From: Felis catus
Taxonomy: Eukaryota
Length of the DNA stretch: 64,000 bases
Assembly: GCF_018350175.1 (NCBI RefSeq)
Contig: NC_058368.1
Span: forward strand, 178,810,001 to 178,874,000
Direction: 5' to 3'
A program made the translations under genes and the position numbers. The notes beneath the pieces were generated by a model, which saw only the letters and a program-made list of their open reading frames with translations, searched no databases and had not been told where the DNA came from. Of this stretch, positions 28,386 to 40,099 are shown one piece after another (position 1 is the first letter of the stretch; each line of letters opens with the position of its first letter).

Positions 28386-29348
28386 ATGGGTTTTGAAGAA
28401 TACTTTCTTAGTTTCTCTATTCTTTAGGTGTAAGATAATAAATCTGCTCATATGGTCTAGGATTGGTGAGATGGATTGGCAGACTGTTTGGAACTCACCC
28501 ATCCATTCACCATTCATCACCACCTACCACCATCCACCATCCATCCACTCAACAGATATTTTTCTAGGAACCAGGGATTCAGAAATTATTAAGACACTGA
28601 CTTTCAGGAAATCACAGTATAGCACAGGAAGCAGATACAAAAATAAAGACTAACCATAGTATATGATACTCCCATTTATTATTTCCTGTGTTCCAGATGC
28701 TGTGCAAACCCATTTTATTGGTTATCTTATTTAATGCTTACAAAATTTCCTGGAGTTGGGCATTATTAACACTGTCAACTGATAGAGGAGGCATGAAACC
28801 CCCAGGGCTGGGTTCTAATAAGGGTCTTGCCAAAGTCCCCCAGCTGTTTCTCTCCTTTGAATCCACAATGGAGGACAGATACAATGAAAAAGGGTCATGG
28901 GAATCTCCAGGTGATGCAGATAATTCTTCACTCAGAAGAAGAGGGGGCGGAGCACTTGCCAGCCACTCCCTGTCTATACTTCTGCCTGGGTGGGGGTTGG
29001 GGGGGGTACTGGAGGGAACTCACACTGCCCTAGAGTTGATTTGCCTTCAGCATGGGAGGCCTTCAGAGGGAAGAACCCAGGCCCACACTCTGTGTCAGTG
29101 CTGATGGAACTGGGTTTTCACTCATCCTTTAAAACTGATGTATGGAGTACCTCTTATGACAGGTCCTCTTTCAGGCACTGAACTGGTTTGGGTGGGATCT
29201 TGGCCCCAGAACACACATTCTCTGTCCCTTTCACCTTTCCAGCTCCCTTACCACTTCTAGAAAAATTCTCAGGCAGATGGAATACAGCAAAATAGAGTGT
29301 CTCATTACTCCTTTCAATGTGGGGACCTTCACATTAAGAGATTGGACA

Positions 29349-29492
29349 GGGGCACCTGGGTGGCTCAGTCGGTTAAGCATCCAACTCTTGATTTCGGCTC
29401 AGGTCTGGATCTCACAGTTGCCCCTCCTATGCTTGTGTGCACTCTCTCTCACTCTCAAAAAAAAAATTAATTAATTAATTAATTAAAAAAAA
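29349..29492 (+). mobile_element. Can-SINE with internal deletion
   Basis: Head joined directly to the 3' part; (TTAA)n tail; TSD aagagattggaca / aagaggtggaca. Confidence 0.9.
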
Positions 29493-30984
29493 AAGAGGTG
29501 GACAACTGGGAGTGGGCTTTGGGGACAGTTCTGAGGGTAGGGAGGGGTGGGATGTTGTATAAGGTTGTATAGCTTGTACACTGCACAAGAGCCCATAAGG
29601 GCCTAAATTGAGCCCCACGTCATGCTCTAAGTGTGTGCCCTAATGCAGGTCTATTGCTGCCATAGGAAGGGAAACCCTGCTCTATTCACAAAGGCACCAT
29701 CATATTGCTAAGCCATGTACCACAGGACTGTGTCTGCCCAGAGAAGGTCCTCCATAGCAGTAGAGGCCCTGAATGAAGGGCTGAAGGAAGGGCTAGAGGA
29801 ACTGTAGATGACTAGACTGGAGGAGAAATGACAGGTATGTTCATGGCTTCAAATAACCACATCAGTGTCTACCTAGAGAGCAACAATAATAGCTAATATT
29901 TCCAGACTACTTACTAGTTATCAGAAACTGCTAAGTACTTTACATGACTTTTCTTGCTTAGTCTCAACAAAAACTGTAACAGCTGGATAGTATTTTATCC
30001 TCAGTTTGCAGATAAGGAAACTGAGGCTCAGAAAGCTCAAAGGCAGAAGAAGGGACCTGGCCCCTGGACATTTTAATTGGACCTTGACTCCTCTGGTTGG
30101 GCTTGATGAGTTTTGCAGAAATCATTCACACCTCTATCCTAGAAGCAAAAATAATGAGCTGCTTTTAATTTCCTCGACCTCTAAGGATTCCTTTTATAAA
30201 TAATCACTCAGGAAGGATTTGAAAATCCTGCTGATCATCTGAAGACTGCCGCAGAGCCCCATCCGCTTATAAAAATGGAAATTGCCAGCACTGTAAATGG
30301 TTTCCCTTATGGTCAATATTTAGATTTTCCTTTTTAGAACTTTAAAATAAACATTGACTCAGGCAAAATGTCACTTTTTCCCCTGGACAGTCAGTCTTGA
30401 TACCCACCTGAGGAGCAGACAGTGGGTTTCTCCTTCTGAGTTACGTTTGTGTCCCCTGTGTGTAGTGAGGGCTGTGCGCAGTGACAGAAGGGGGACAGGG
30501 CCTGCTGAGATGGTGCTGCCTGGGAATCTGCCCTGCCTACTGAGCAGGGCAGGGAGGGTCACTGTGAGGGTTAGAGCAAGGCCTTTAGTTTGCTTTTGTT
30601 GTTGGAGATAAAATATTCAAAAAGGATTAGGAAAAGAATCTGACATCAGAGTTCTATCAGAGAATCATACAAGTCTGAGAATATACAATTAGGAAGAAAT
30701 TTGAAATGTCTGAGCCACATTGCTAAGCCTTGGGAGAAGTCCTTCGGGAGGAAAGGGACACTGACATGAAGATGGAAACTGGGAGTCAGATGGCTGAACA
30801 AAGTATATTTATTAAGCTTTTACCTGCTGTGTGCCAGATGCTTTATAGTTATTCAGTCTTCAAAATAGCTACAGGCTTATTATCCCCATTTTATAGATAG
30901 AGATATTGAGGCCAAAGATGTGTGATTGGTCCAAAGTTACACAGATGCTAAGTGGTAGAATCAGGGTTGAAACCTAATGTCTTT

Positions 30985-31997
30985 CTCCAAATATATACAA
31001 TTGGCCTACATGCACATGAAAAAATGCTCAACATCATTAGCCACCGAGGAAATGCAAATCAAGATGGCAATGATATCAGTTTCACAGCCACTGGGATGGC
31101 TTTAGTCAGTAAGGCAGATATTAACAAGAGTTGGGGAGAATGTGGAGAAACTGGAACCCTCACACACAGCTGGTAGGAATGTGAGTGGTCAAGTACTTTG
31201 GAAAACAGTCTGATGGTTCCTCAAAAAGCCAAGTAGAGTTACCAAATGACCCAGCAACTCTACTCCTAGGCATATACCCAAGAAAATTGGAAGCATTGTG
31301 TCCACATAAAAATTTGCATGTGAATGCTCATAGCATAGTCATTCCTAACATGAAAAAGTGGAAACAGCCTACATGTCCATCAATTGGTAAATGAATAGGG
31401 GTGCCTAGGTGGCTCAGTCAGTTAAGCGTCCAACTTCAGCTCAGGTCATGATCTCGTGGTTCATGAGTTTGAGCTCTGCTTCAGGCTCTGTGCTGACAGA
31501 TCAGAGCCTGGAGCCTGCTTTGGATTCTGTGTCTTCCTCTTCCTCTACTCCTTGCCTGCTCACACTCTGTCTCTCTCTAAAAAAATAAATAAACATTAAT
31601 TTTTTTTTAAAAAGATAGGTAAAGGAATAAGCAAAATGGGGTATATCTAAACAGAGAAATATTAGTCAGCAACAAAAAGAAATGAGGTGCTGACGACTGC
31701 TACAGTGTGGATGAACCTTGAAAACATGATATACGAAAGAAGCCAGTTTCAAAGTACCATATACTGATTCTATTTACATGAAATGTCCAGAATAGACAAA
31801 TCCACAGGGGCTGAAAGTAGAGGGGATGATGACTAAAGAGTATGGGGTTTCTTTGGGGAGGTAACAAAACTGTTCTAAAATAGATGGTGGTTATGGTTGC
31901 ATAACTCTGCAAATATACTAAAAGCGATAAAATTGTACACTTTCAGTGAGCTGTATGGTATATAAATTATATCTCAATAAAATCTTAAAACAAAAAG
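30985..31997 (+). mobile_element. L1MB-like 3' fragment interrupted by a SINE
   Basis: cacatgaaaaaatgctcaacatcattagcc...aattatatctcaataaaa. Confidence 0.88.
31398..31613 (+). mobile_element. Can-SINE (felid type)
   Basis: TSD ggtaaatgaata / ggtaaaggaata. Confidence 0.95.
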
Positions 31998-31999
31998 AC

Positions 32000-32066
32000 G
32001 TGTTCTGACCAAGTTCAGTGCTGACCACTGTCCACTGCCTCACGCAGACCTATGCCCTGCAGTCAG
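32000..32066 (-). other. Degenerate counterpart of the human miR-378e hairpin locus (probably not a functional miRNA)
   Basis: CTGACTGCAG...CAGTGGACAG...CACTGAACTTGGTCAGAACA resembles the recalled hsa-mir-378e, at the recalled position downstream of the FENEIIL exon. Confidence 0.55.
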
Positions 32067-32604
32067 GCAGAGCTGGTTTGGGTCCCAGCTTGTCTACCCA
32101 ACTAGATTGTTCTAGTTTCCTCAGACAAGACCCTTCCCTGAGCCTCAGGGTCCAGCTCTATGAAATAGGGGTCAGAGAGTAAATGCAGCTAAATGAGGCA
32201 GTGCACAGACAGCATCTAGCTCAGCATCTGTGCACTGCGTGTACCCTATTTATCTTGGTCATGATCAACATCTGTGTAAGATTAAAAGAGAAAGAAGGAA
32301 AAACTAGCAGGAATTATTCCACAGCAAAGAGATAACACAAGTGAACATTTTGGTGGATTGTTTTTCTCTTCACAACACAGCAAAGTGTCTTTTTATCCAT
32401 CCCATTCCATCAATATCAAAGAAACAGCCACTCTAGAGAGAGAGAGAAATTTTAGGTTTCTTTCAAAAGTGGAGTTTCTCCAATACCAGGAGCCAGAAGA
32501 TCGATCTCCAGGGGAGGGAGGAGTCTCTGAAGGCCTGGAGTCCCAAGCTCTCCAGCCTGCAGCTGACCTTCCCGGCTCCCCCTGCGCACGGGTGCTGAAC
32601 TTAC

Positions 32605-32690
32605 ATTGACTCAAGCAGCTGCATGTACTGCTCGTCTCCTCGGCCTCCTTCCACCTCATGGTCCAGCTTGAGGATGATCTCATTTTCAAA
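32605..32690 (-). CDS. DOCK2: DOCK2 coding exon (~exon 34), FENEIILKLDHEVEGGRGDEQYMQLLES(I)
   Basis: 86 nt; acceptor ctgctttAG, donor GTAAGT; phase 0 to 2. Confidence 0.97.
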
Positions 32691-33039
32691 CTAAAGCAGT
32701 AGGAGACGAAAAATCAATAATAACAACATTAGAAGGCTGAATGTTGAAATTAGTCAATTTGTTATTTTAGCCAAAGCTTTAGGGAGCACCTATCATTTCC
32801 CAGCGTTTGTGCCCAGAACCGGGAGTGCAAAACGGAACGGGATGCTGTGCCTGCTTTTAGGAGTTCCCAGAGTACGGGGAGAAGAGGAGTGGATGATAAG
32901 TGCTGGAGAGAGAAGGAGGGAGGGGAGGGAGAGAGTGACCACGTGAAGGAAAAGGGCATTTCAAGCAGAGGACACAGCGTGTGCAAAGACGTGTAGGTAT
33001 GTGACAGAGCACTGTATCTTCAGGAAGCGGCATGTTGTC

Positions 33040-33450
33040 ACAGACAGCTGTCTGCCTAGCCTTCCCTTCTCCATACTTTGGTGATCACGCTGGCCCTAAT
33101 CTTAGTCCTGGGGACACAGATGAGCTACCCATACCTCCCTAGCTCCGGGTGTGGGCATGTGACCCAGGCCTACCTCTTAATCAGTATCTTTCATCATCTA
33201 GACACTAAGATTAATAAAGGCTCAGGCTGAGTAAGTGAGACTCAGATCCAAGGCTTTGCTGAAACTCTTAGCAAAGAGTCTGTCTGCTCAACATGAAGAT
33301 GGAAGGCTGTAAGCCTGAGGCTGCTGGAGATGGCCATAATAGAAGAGCCCGCCTGGAAATGACACCAATACAGAGGAGAGTGGAAAAGGGGAGACAGAGA
33401 AAGACTGAGCCCCTGAGCCCATCCATACTTGAAGCTCTCATAGGTACATG
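33040..33450. mobile_element. MaLR LTR (MLT1J/K-like) remnant
   Basis: gggcatgtgacccaggcc and gtaagcctgaggctgctgg motifs. Confidence 0.6.
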
Positions 33451-34764
33451 AGCTGATGCCTCAGAAAGTAGACTGGTGGCAACTGTAGTGGTCAGAGATC
33501 AGACTAGGTAAGTGACCTGAACATGAGTATGTACCTATAGTCCCAACATATCTTGGTACGTGAAGCCAGAGAGTGTTCCATCTCCCCATTTTCACTCTCA
33601 AGAAGCATCTCACCCAGTTCAGCTCATGGCTTACGCAATGTTTTGAAGGGCCATACTGTGTCGCTTTTCATGGCTAAAATGTAAAACAGTTTGTACTTTC
33701 AATAACATGCCGTGATGAATCCATCCAAATCACCCAGTCTGCTTCTCCTCAGTTTTACCATTAAATACGAAACTGGCATCTGGAGGAGGGAAGAAGGCCC
33801 TTGGCAAAGGTCACCAAGGTCTAGGGAGTCTTTGGGTACTCCTGGCTTCTTACCCAGCCTCTCTACTCTCAGACCTTAAAATCTCTCCATGAAGTCTGGA
33901 GGTCATATTTAAGGAGGATCATGTCTAAGGGTGATAATGCATGAAAACCAGCCAGCCCCAGATTGGTTCCACTTCACTAAGTGTCAGGTATTATTACACA
34001 TGAAGAAGTATGTGTAATGCTCTGTGAATGGCAGAGACCTTTTGGCAGGCTCCTTCCAGTGCACAAAGGATCAAGCCCAGTCTAGTTGGTTGGAATCTTT
34101 AAGTGATGAAAGGCAGGGGCTGGATTCACTTTTCCCTCAGCTCACATCTGTGGTGCCATTGTTCCCTCACTTTTGTGTGCTGAGGGCCAAAAGAAAGGAC
34201 AAAAAGCTTGTGCTGATACAGCACAGATGAGAAAAGTTCCTGTGAGTTTCCTCAGTCGGGAAAGATTTATGGAAGGAGATACAAAAAAACCTGGAAGACA
34301 GGTAGGATTGTGATAAATATGAAAAGGAAGAGCATTCTGGGTAGGAGGAACGGAGTGAGCAAAGGTTGTAGAGGTGGGAAAGTAGAGAAAAATGAGGAGA
34401 GCAGTTAAGAAAGATCAGAGTTCAAGAAGAAAGAAAAGAAAAAAAATTAGAATGAAGACCCAGATGGGGGCCAATCTGATGAGGGTCTGGACTACCAGTC
34501 TACACACGAATCATGTACCTTACATGATGCATTGTATTAAGCATCTTGTATGCATCAAATATTATCCAGACTTAAGGGTTGGGGCTATCATGATTAGAGA
34601 TGTCTACTGTGCCAAGCTTGGGGCAGGAAGTAATACAGCTAAAGGACTGCAAGCATGGGCTCTGATGTTAGACCATCTGATTTACATGTCTGCTCCATTC
34701 CCTCCACCATCTTAGGAAAGCTATCAGGTCTTTCTAATCCCACTTCAGAGTTTATATCAGGCAT

Positions 34765-34970
34765 CAGGGGTTGGCAAACATTTTCTGTAAAGGGCCAGAT
34801 TGTAAATATTTTAGTCTTTGTGGGTTAGTCAGTCTTTATTACAACTACTCAGCTCTGCTGCTGTAACACAAAAGCAACCATAGATAATATATAGACAAAT
34901 CAGCATGGCTGTATTCTAATAAAACTTTATTTACAAAAACAGGTAACAGGACAGATTTGGCCTGTGGACC
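34765..34970 (+). mobile_element. MER58A-like MITE
   Basis: caggggttggcaaac...ctgtaaagggccagat...aataaaactttatttacaaaaacagg. Confidence 0.85.
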
Positions 34971-35604
34971 CTATCAATATAATAGTGGTCCCTACCACAT
35001 GGGGTAGTTAGGAGGACTGGAGGAGACTTTATATATAAAGCACCAGGGGAGAGCGTAAACTCAAATGTGCATTGGGTTTGCTCATCTGCTTATGATTACT
35101 GCTAATGTTATTGTTATTACTGCTGAATGTTACTGGAAAGCAGCTTTATGGGAGAAAAATAGCATGTTTTCCTTGTCTGAGTTGTTCAGTGTTAAGTGTT
35201 GGCATGATTCCTCCCGATGCGATGAACTTTCCTTTAGAGCAGAGAAGTGCATGGGGTAAATAAGCACTTGTCACAAGGTCACAAAGAGCCTGCAGGGAAG
35301 GAAATTACAGGGTGCCAGGGGCTGTGCAGAGCTGGATGACGCTGTGCCACGCGTGAGCCCTTCAGGCCAGGTCGGAGAGCGAAGGTTTCAGTCAAGCACA
35401 TCCCATGACAGACGCCGGCCCGTTTTGTTCCCAAGCAGGCACTGTGCGCAGGAGCGGCTATGACCACAGCCTTTGGCATCCAAAAGACTTAGTTTGAGTC
35501 TTGCTTTGACTTTTCTCCCCACTATGTGATCTTGGGAAAGTTAATAAGCTTCCTGAGGCTCAATTTTCTCATCTATTACGTGAGGATTTAAAACAGCACC
35601 TACT

Positions 35605-36064
35605 GGGGCACCTGGTGGTTCAGTTGGTTGAGCATTCAGCTCTTGATTTTGGCTCAGGTCATGATCCTAGGGTCATGGGATTAAGCCCTGCACCAGGCTC
35701 CATTCTGAACATGGAGCCTGCTTAAGATTCTCTCTTTCTCAGGGTGCCTGGGTGGCTCAGTTGGTTAAGCGCCCGACTTTTGGTTTCGGCTAAGGTCATA
35801 ATCTCACGGTTTGTGAGTTCAAGCCCTGCATTGGGCTCCACGCTGACAGCATGGAGAGTTCTTGGCATTCTCTCTCTCTCTCCCCCTCTCTCTGTCCCTT
35901 CCCATTTCTGCTCTCTCTCTCTCTCAAAATAAATACACTTTGAAAAATGAAAAAAATTCTCTCTCTCTCTCTTCCTCTGCCCCTCCCCTAATGGTATGTA
36001 CATGCTTCTCTCTCTCTCTCTCAAAAACTTAAAAATAAATTAAAAAATTAAAAAAATAAATAAA
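35605..36064 (+). mobile_element. Outer Can-SINE hosting a nested SINE, inserted in a MIR
   Basis: TSD taaaacagcacctact / taaaacagcagctact. Confidence 0.92.
35741..35953 (+). mobile_element. Inner nested Can-SINE
   Basis: TSD aagattctctctttctc / aaaattctctctctctc. Confidence 0.92.
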
Positions 36065-39000
36065 TAAAACAGCAGCTACTTAGAGTAGTGTTGGGAGAAG
36101 TTAATGGGAAAATACACGGGAAAGGCTAGCGTGGTACTTGGCACATAGTAAGTGCTCAATAATTGTTATCATGACACTGTCAACATTGCCATTGCCAACA
36201 GTATCACCATCTCAGTTAGTCTTTATGATAGCCAAGGGAGATAGATATCCTAATTTTTATTTTTTAAATGAGGAAACTGAGGCAAAGTGGAATCTTTGTC
36301 TTGGGTTTCAAAGCATGGATGGACTTGACCTAGAGCAGGCCCAAGGGTCCAGCATATGCTCTCACACATACACTGTGCCATGCCACTGTGCAGAGCTTAA
36401 AACAAAGGTCTGGCTCCTCCAAATCAATTCTGTTTTCTCCACAGCTGCACAGCTGCATCACATTGTTGACTCCTCACCCCACCCCTGCAAGGGGGATATT
36501 TGTTAAGGAGCATCTGCAGGTTACTTTCGCAGAAGTCAATGCTACAGAGGCCCACCAGGAATCTTAAGAGACCCTACTCAGGAAAAAGGAAGTGAACCCT
36601 AAGAGCCCAGCCCTCCTGAGTGGGCCTCCCTCCTCCAGCAGAATGACTCATGCAGGCCTCACGTTTGCATCATACCTTCCCCAAATTGCTTTTGTGACCT
36701 CCCCTTACTACTTTAGAATATCTTGGCTATTTTCCTTATTTGTTTGCCTAGAATCCTGCTGAAGTGTGAAATTTAGGGAACAAGAGCCCTTCTTCAAATG
36801 TCTGGTTCTGACTTTGACTTCATATGGGAGGGGCAGAGATAGTGTGAAAGGCCAGGATGGCAGAGTGATAGGGATAGAACTGGCACCATTAAGTCAGCCT
36901 GTGGCCTCCTTTGTTAGTGAAATGCTGGTTGTCTAGGGGTGGCTGGAAGCAGACTTGGGGGAAAGCTGGAGAAGATAGTGTCATGTGAGAAGGGATGCTT
37001 TAGGGAGTCAGTGCAGCTTCCTAATTTTCTTTGAGTTATCTTGTCTCCGCCTGCTCCAGATCATTGCCTGTGGAGCTTGGGTTTGGGAACCTATAATGGT
37101 ATTATGGTATTCATTTTACAGATGAAGAAGCTGGGCTTGAAAGAGGTTAAATAACTTACCAAATTTATTCAGCCCACAAGCAGCAAGTCTATCTAACTCC
37201 AAAGCACACTGGCCAGAACACAGTAGGTGCCCAGTATATATTTATTGAATTAATTGTTCTTTTCTTCATTATATTCTAAGCCATCTGAAGCACCCCCTTA
37301 CTCTAAGCCAAGACTCCGTTTCAGGGGATCTGCTCAACTGATATCTCTGTCCATTAATTCATTTATCGAGCAATTATTGAGCTCATGCTGAGTCCCAGGT
37401 GCTGTTCTAGGTGCTATCAAATGCTGTTACCTCTTCCATCTCTGAGAGGAGTTTTCTCTAGGACATCTTGCCTGCTATGGCTCAGACCCTCAGGCTGATT
37501 GTGCCACAGTCCTGTTCTACAATCTGTAAAATAGGCAATCACTCTCCTCAGTCTCTAGGCCCCAGGACTCTGACTCTTTACCACAATCTTCACCCAGATA
37601 CCCCAAAACCCCTCCCTGCACAAAAAATTGGCCAGGAAAACAGCTGGTCTACCCAGCCTCTGGGGATTACCCAAGCAATCATCAGCTACCCTCATTACCC
37701 TAAATGATGAAAATATTCACTGGAATGTTCCTCCCTGTGCTAAGGTTTTTCCTCTGAAATGTGGAAGGATGCAGGTCTAAATGCTTCCATTCATCCTGGG
37801 AACATTGACATGGTTCTCACCCACACTCATGACAGGCACTTGACAAGTTCAGGAATGAGAGACTAGCCTTGGCCCCAGAAAATCTCATGGTCTTGTGATA
37901 GAGAGAGATCTATGAGCAGATCGTCATGCAGTGTGGGTCAAGTGATATGCCTGAGCCTCACTTTGGTAGGTCAAGACACATTTCACACTGACTGGGCATG
38001 AATGTGGCAAGCCAATGCTCCTTTTGCCAAAACTGTCCTGTCCATTGCCCCACCAAGGAGTAACAGTGTGCCAGGGATGGGACATTCAGTCTGAGTCACA
38101 GGATAGGAACCCCTGAGATGGTCTTGGGTGAAGTGCTGTACTTATGAGGGGTAAAGGTTATCAATGAAATGCATCAGCTATCTAATTTGGGCTACAAGAG
38201 AAGACAGGGAAATCTGGCAATGAAGTTGCAAAAAAAACTCAGAGCAGAGAAAGAGATTTCCCCAGAGCCTCCTTTTCCCCACCCCCACACCCCCTTAAGC
38301 CCATCAGTGTTTAACCCCCTCCTGTCCCAGTTCCAGCCCATGCACATCCTGCTTGAGCCCATCTGTCTTTTGCATCCAGATGAACCACTGCCTCCGGAAG
38401 CAGGAAGGTCCATCTCAAAATGTGAGGCCTCAGCTGAAGGATGAGTAGAATCTCTTCAGGTGAAGAAGTCAAAGGAAGAGCCTGAGCAAAAGCAGGGCGG
38501 CAAGAAAACCACAAGATGTTGTGTCCCTGGCCAGAGGCAGGGGTCCTGCTAACTTTTCCTTTGGGTTCTGCTATTTCCTTTAAGAAACTCAAATTTTAGA
38601 AAGGAAAGCCTACCTGTCACCTTCTAGAAACCTAGTTTTTAGCTGATAATTTTGGCATCATTCCCTAATGCGAGTTTGCATGCAAGACCTCCTGGATTTC
38701 AGACCCAGTGCTGGGGTTTGCTCTGGATTTGGCCATCAGGGCTGCTTGGGGCTCCTGGGGGACTGGCATCTTCCTTTCCTGGGAAAACCTTCATGGCTGC
38801 TTACTCTGAACCAAGGAGTCGTGCCTGGATCTGCTCACCCCACAGCTGAGTTCCTACCAATCACACCAGCTGGTTTTTTCATGGGAAGCTGCCCCATTAG
38901 TCAGCTTGATTGTGCTGTCTCTTTTGATAAGGGAGAAATTAAGAGAAGCAATTGGGGAACATTATTACGATGAACACATGCTTCGAGTGAGGAGTCCAAG

Positions 39001-39594
39001 GATGACCCCCATTCATAGAAAACAGGTGGGTGGATGTCATGGGGATGCCACAATAAGGAAATCCTTTCAGGAAAAAAAAAATCACATTCAGGCAAGCCTC
39101 TGAAGGCCACCAAATACAACTGTCAGGTTGTAATCCAGAAATGACGGGCTTGCTTGTTTTTTAAACATTGCATACCATCAGGTACTTGGAGTGTTTCCTT
39201 TGCACACCTGCCCCTAGGACATCTTCTGAGCCAGCTGGTGCACACGCCTCTGGAGGGTGTACTGATCTGAGGGTAAGTATGATGCCCTTTATGTCACATT
39301 GTGTGCCCTCTACGTGTTTCCAAGCTTCACATAGTTGGCGTCCCCCTTAAAAGTCAGCAGATTGCAAACTGCCTTCAATACCCAATCCAGTGTTTTACCT
39401 TCTACTCCCCCTTATCCCAACTGGTTGGATATGGTATCTTTCTTTATCTGAACTCCTCAACCTGATTTCTTTTCAGGCTCTTTGCTGAAAGAGGGGACAG
39501 CTGGTCACTAGCCTTTCTGGGACTAGAAAGCTCCTGCTAATTAATCCCTGGGCAGAAGAGTACTATCTCACACTGATATCATCAGAGCTAACTA

Positions 39595-40099
39595 CAGATC
39601 TTTCTCAGCTTATGATGAGGTTATGTCTGATAAACCCATTGTAAGTTGAAAATATAGTTAATTCAAAAATGCATTTAATATCCCTAACCCACTGCAGCCC
39701 AGCCTACCTTGAACATGTTCAGGACACTAACATTAGCCTATAGTTGGGCAAAATCATCTAATGCAAAACCTATTTTATAATAAAATGTTGGTCAGCTCAT
39801 GGAATTTACTGAGTACTTTACTGAAAATGAGAAATAGAATGGTTATGTGGGCACAGAATGGTTCTAAGTAAATCTGTTGTTTACCCTCATGGTCACGTGT
39901 TTACCCTCATGGCTGACTGGGAGCTGTGGCTCACTGCTGCTGCCCAGCACACGGCAGAGAATCTACTGCCTACCACTAGCTCAGGAAAAGACCAAAGTTC
40001 AAAATTCAAAGTAAGGTTTCTACTGAATGTGTATCACTTTCACACCATTGTTAAGTCCAAATACCATAAATCGAACCATTATAAGTCGGGGACCACCTG
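39595..40099. mobile_element. TcMar-Tigger MITE (MER47/Tigger5-like), full length
   Basis: Inverted ends cagatctttctcagcttatgatg / cattataagtcggggaccacctg flanked by TA on both sides. Confidence 0.85.
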
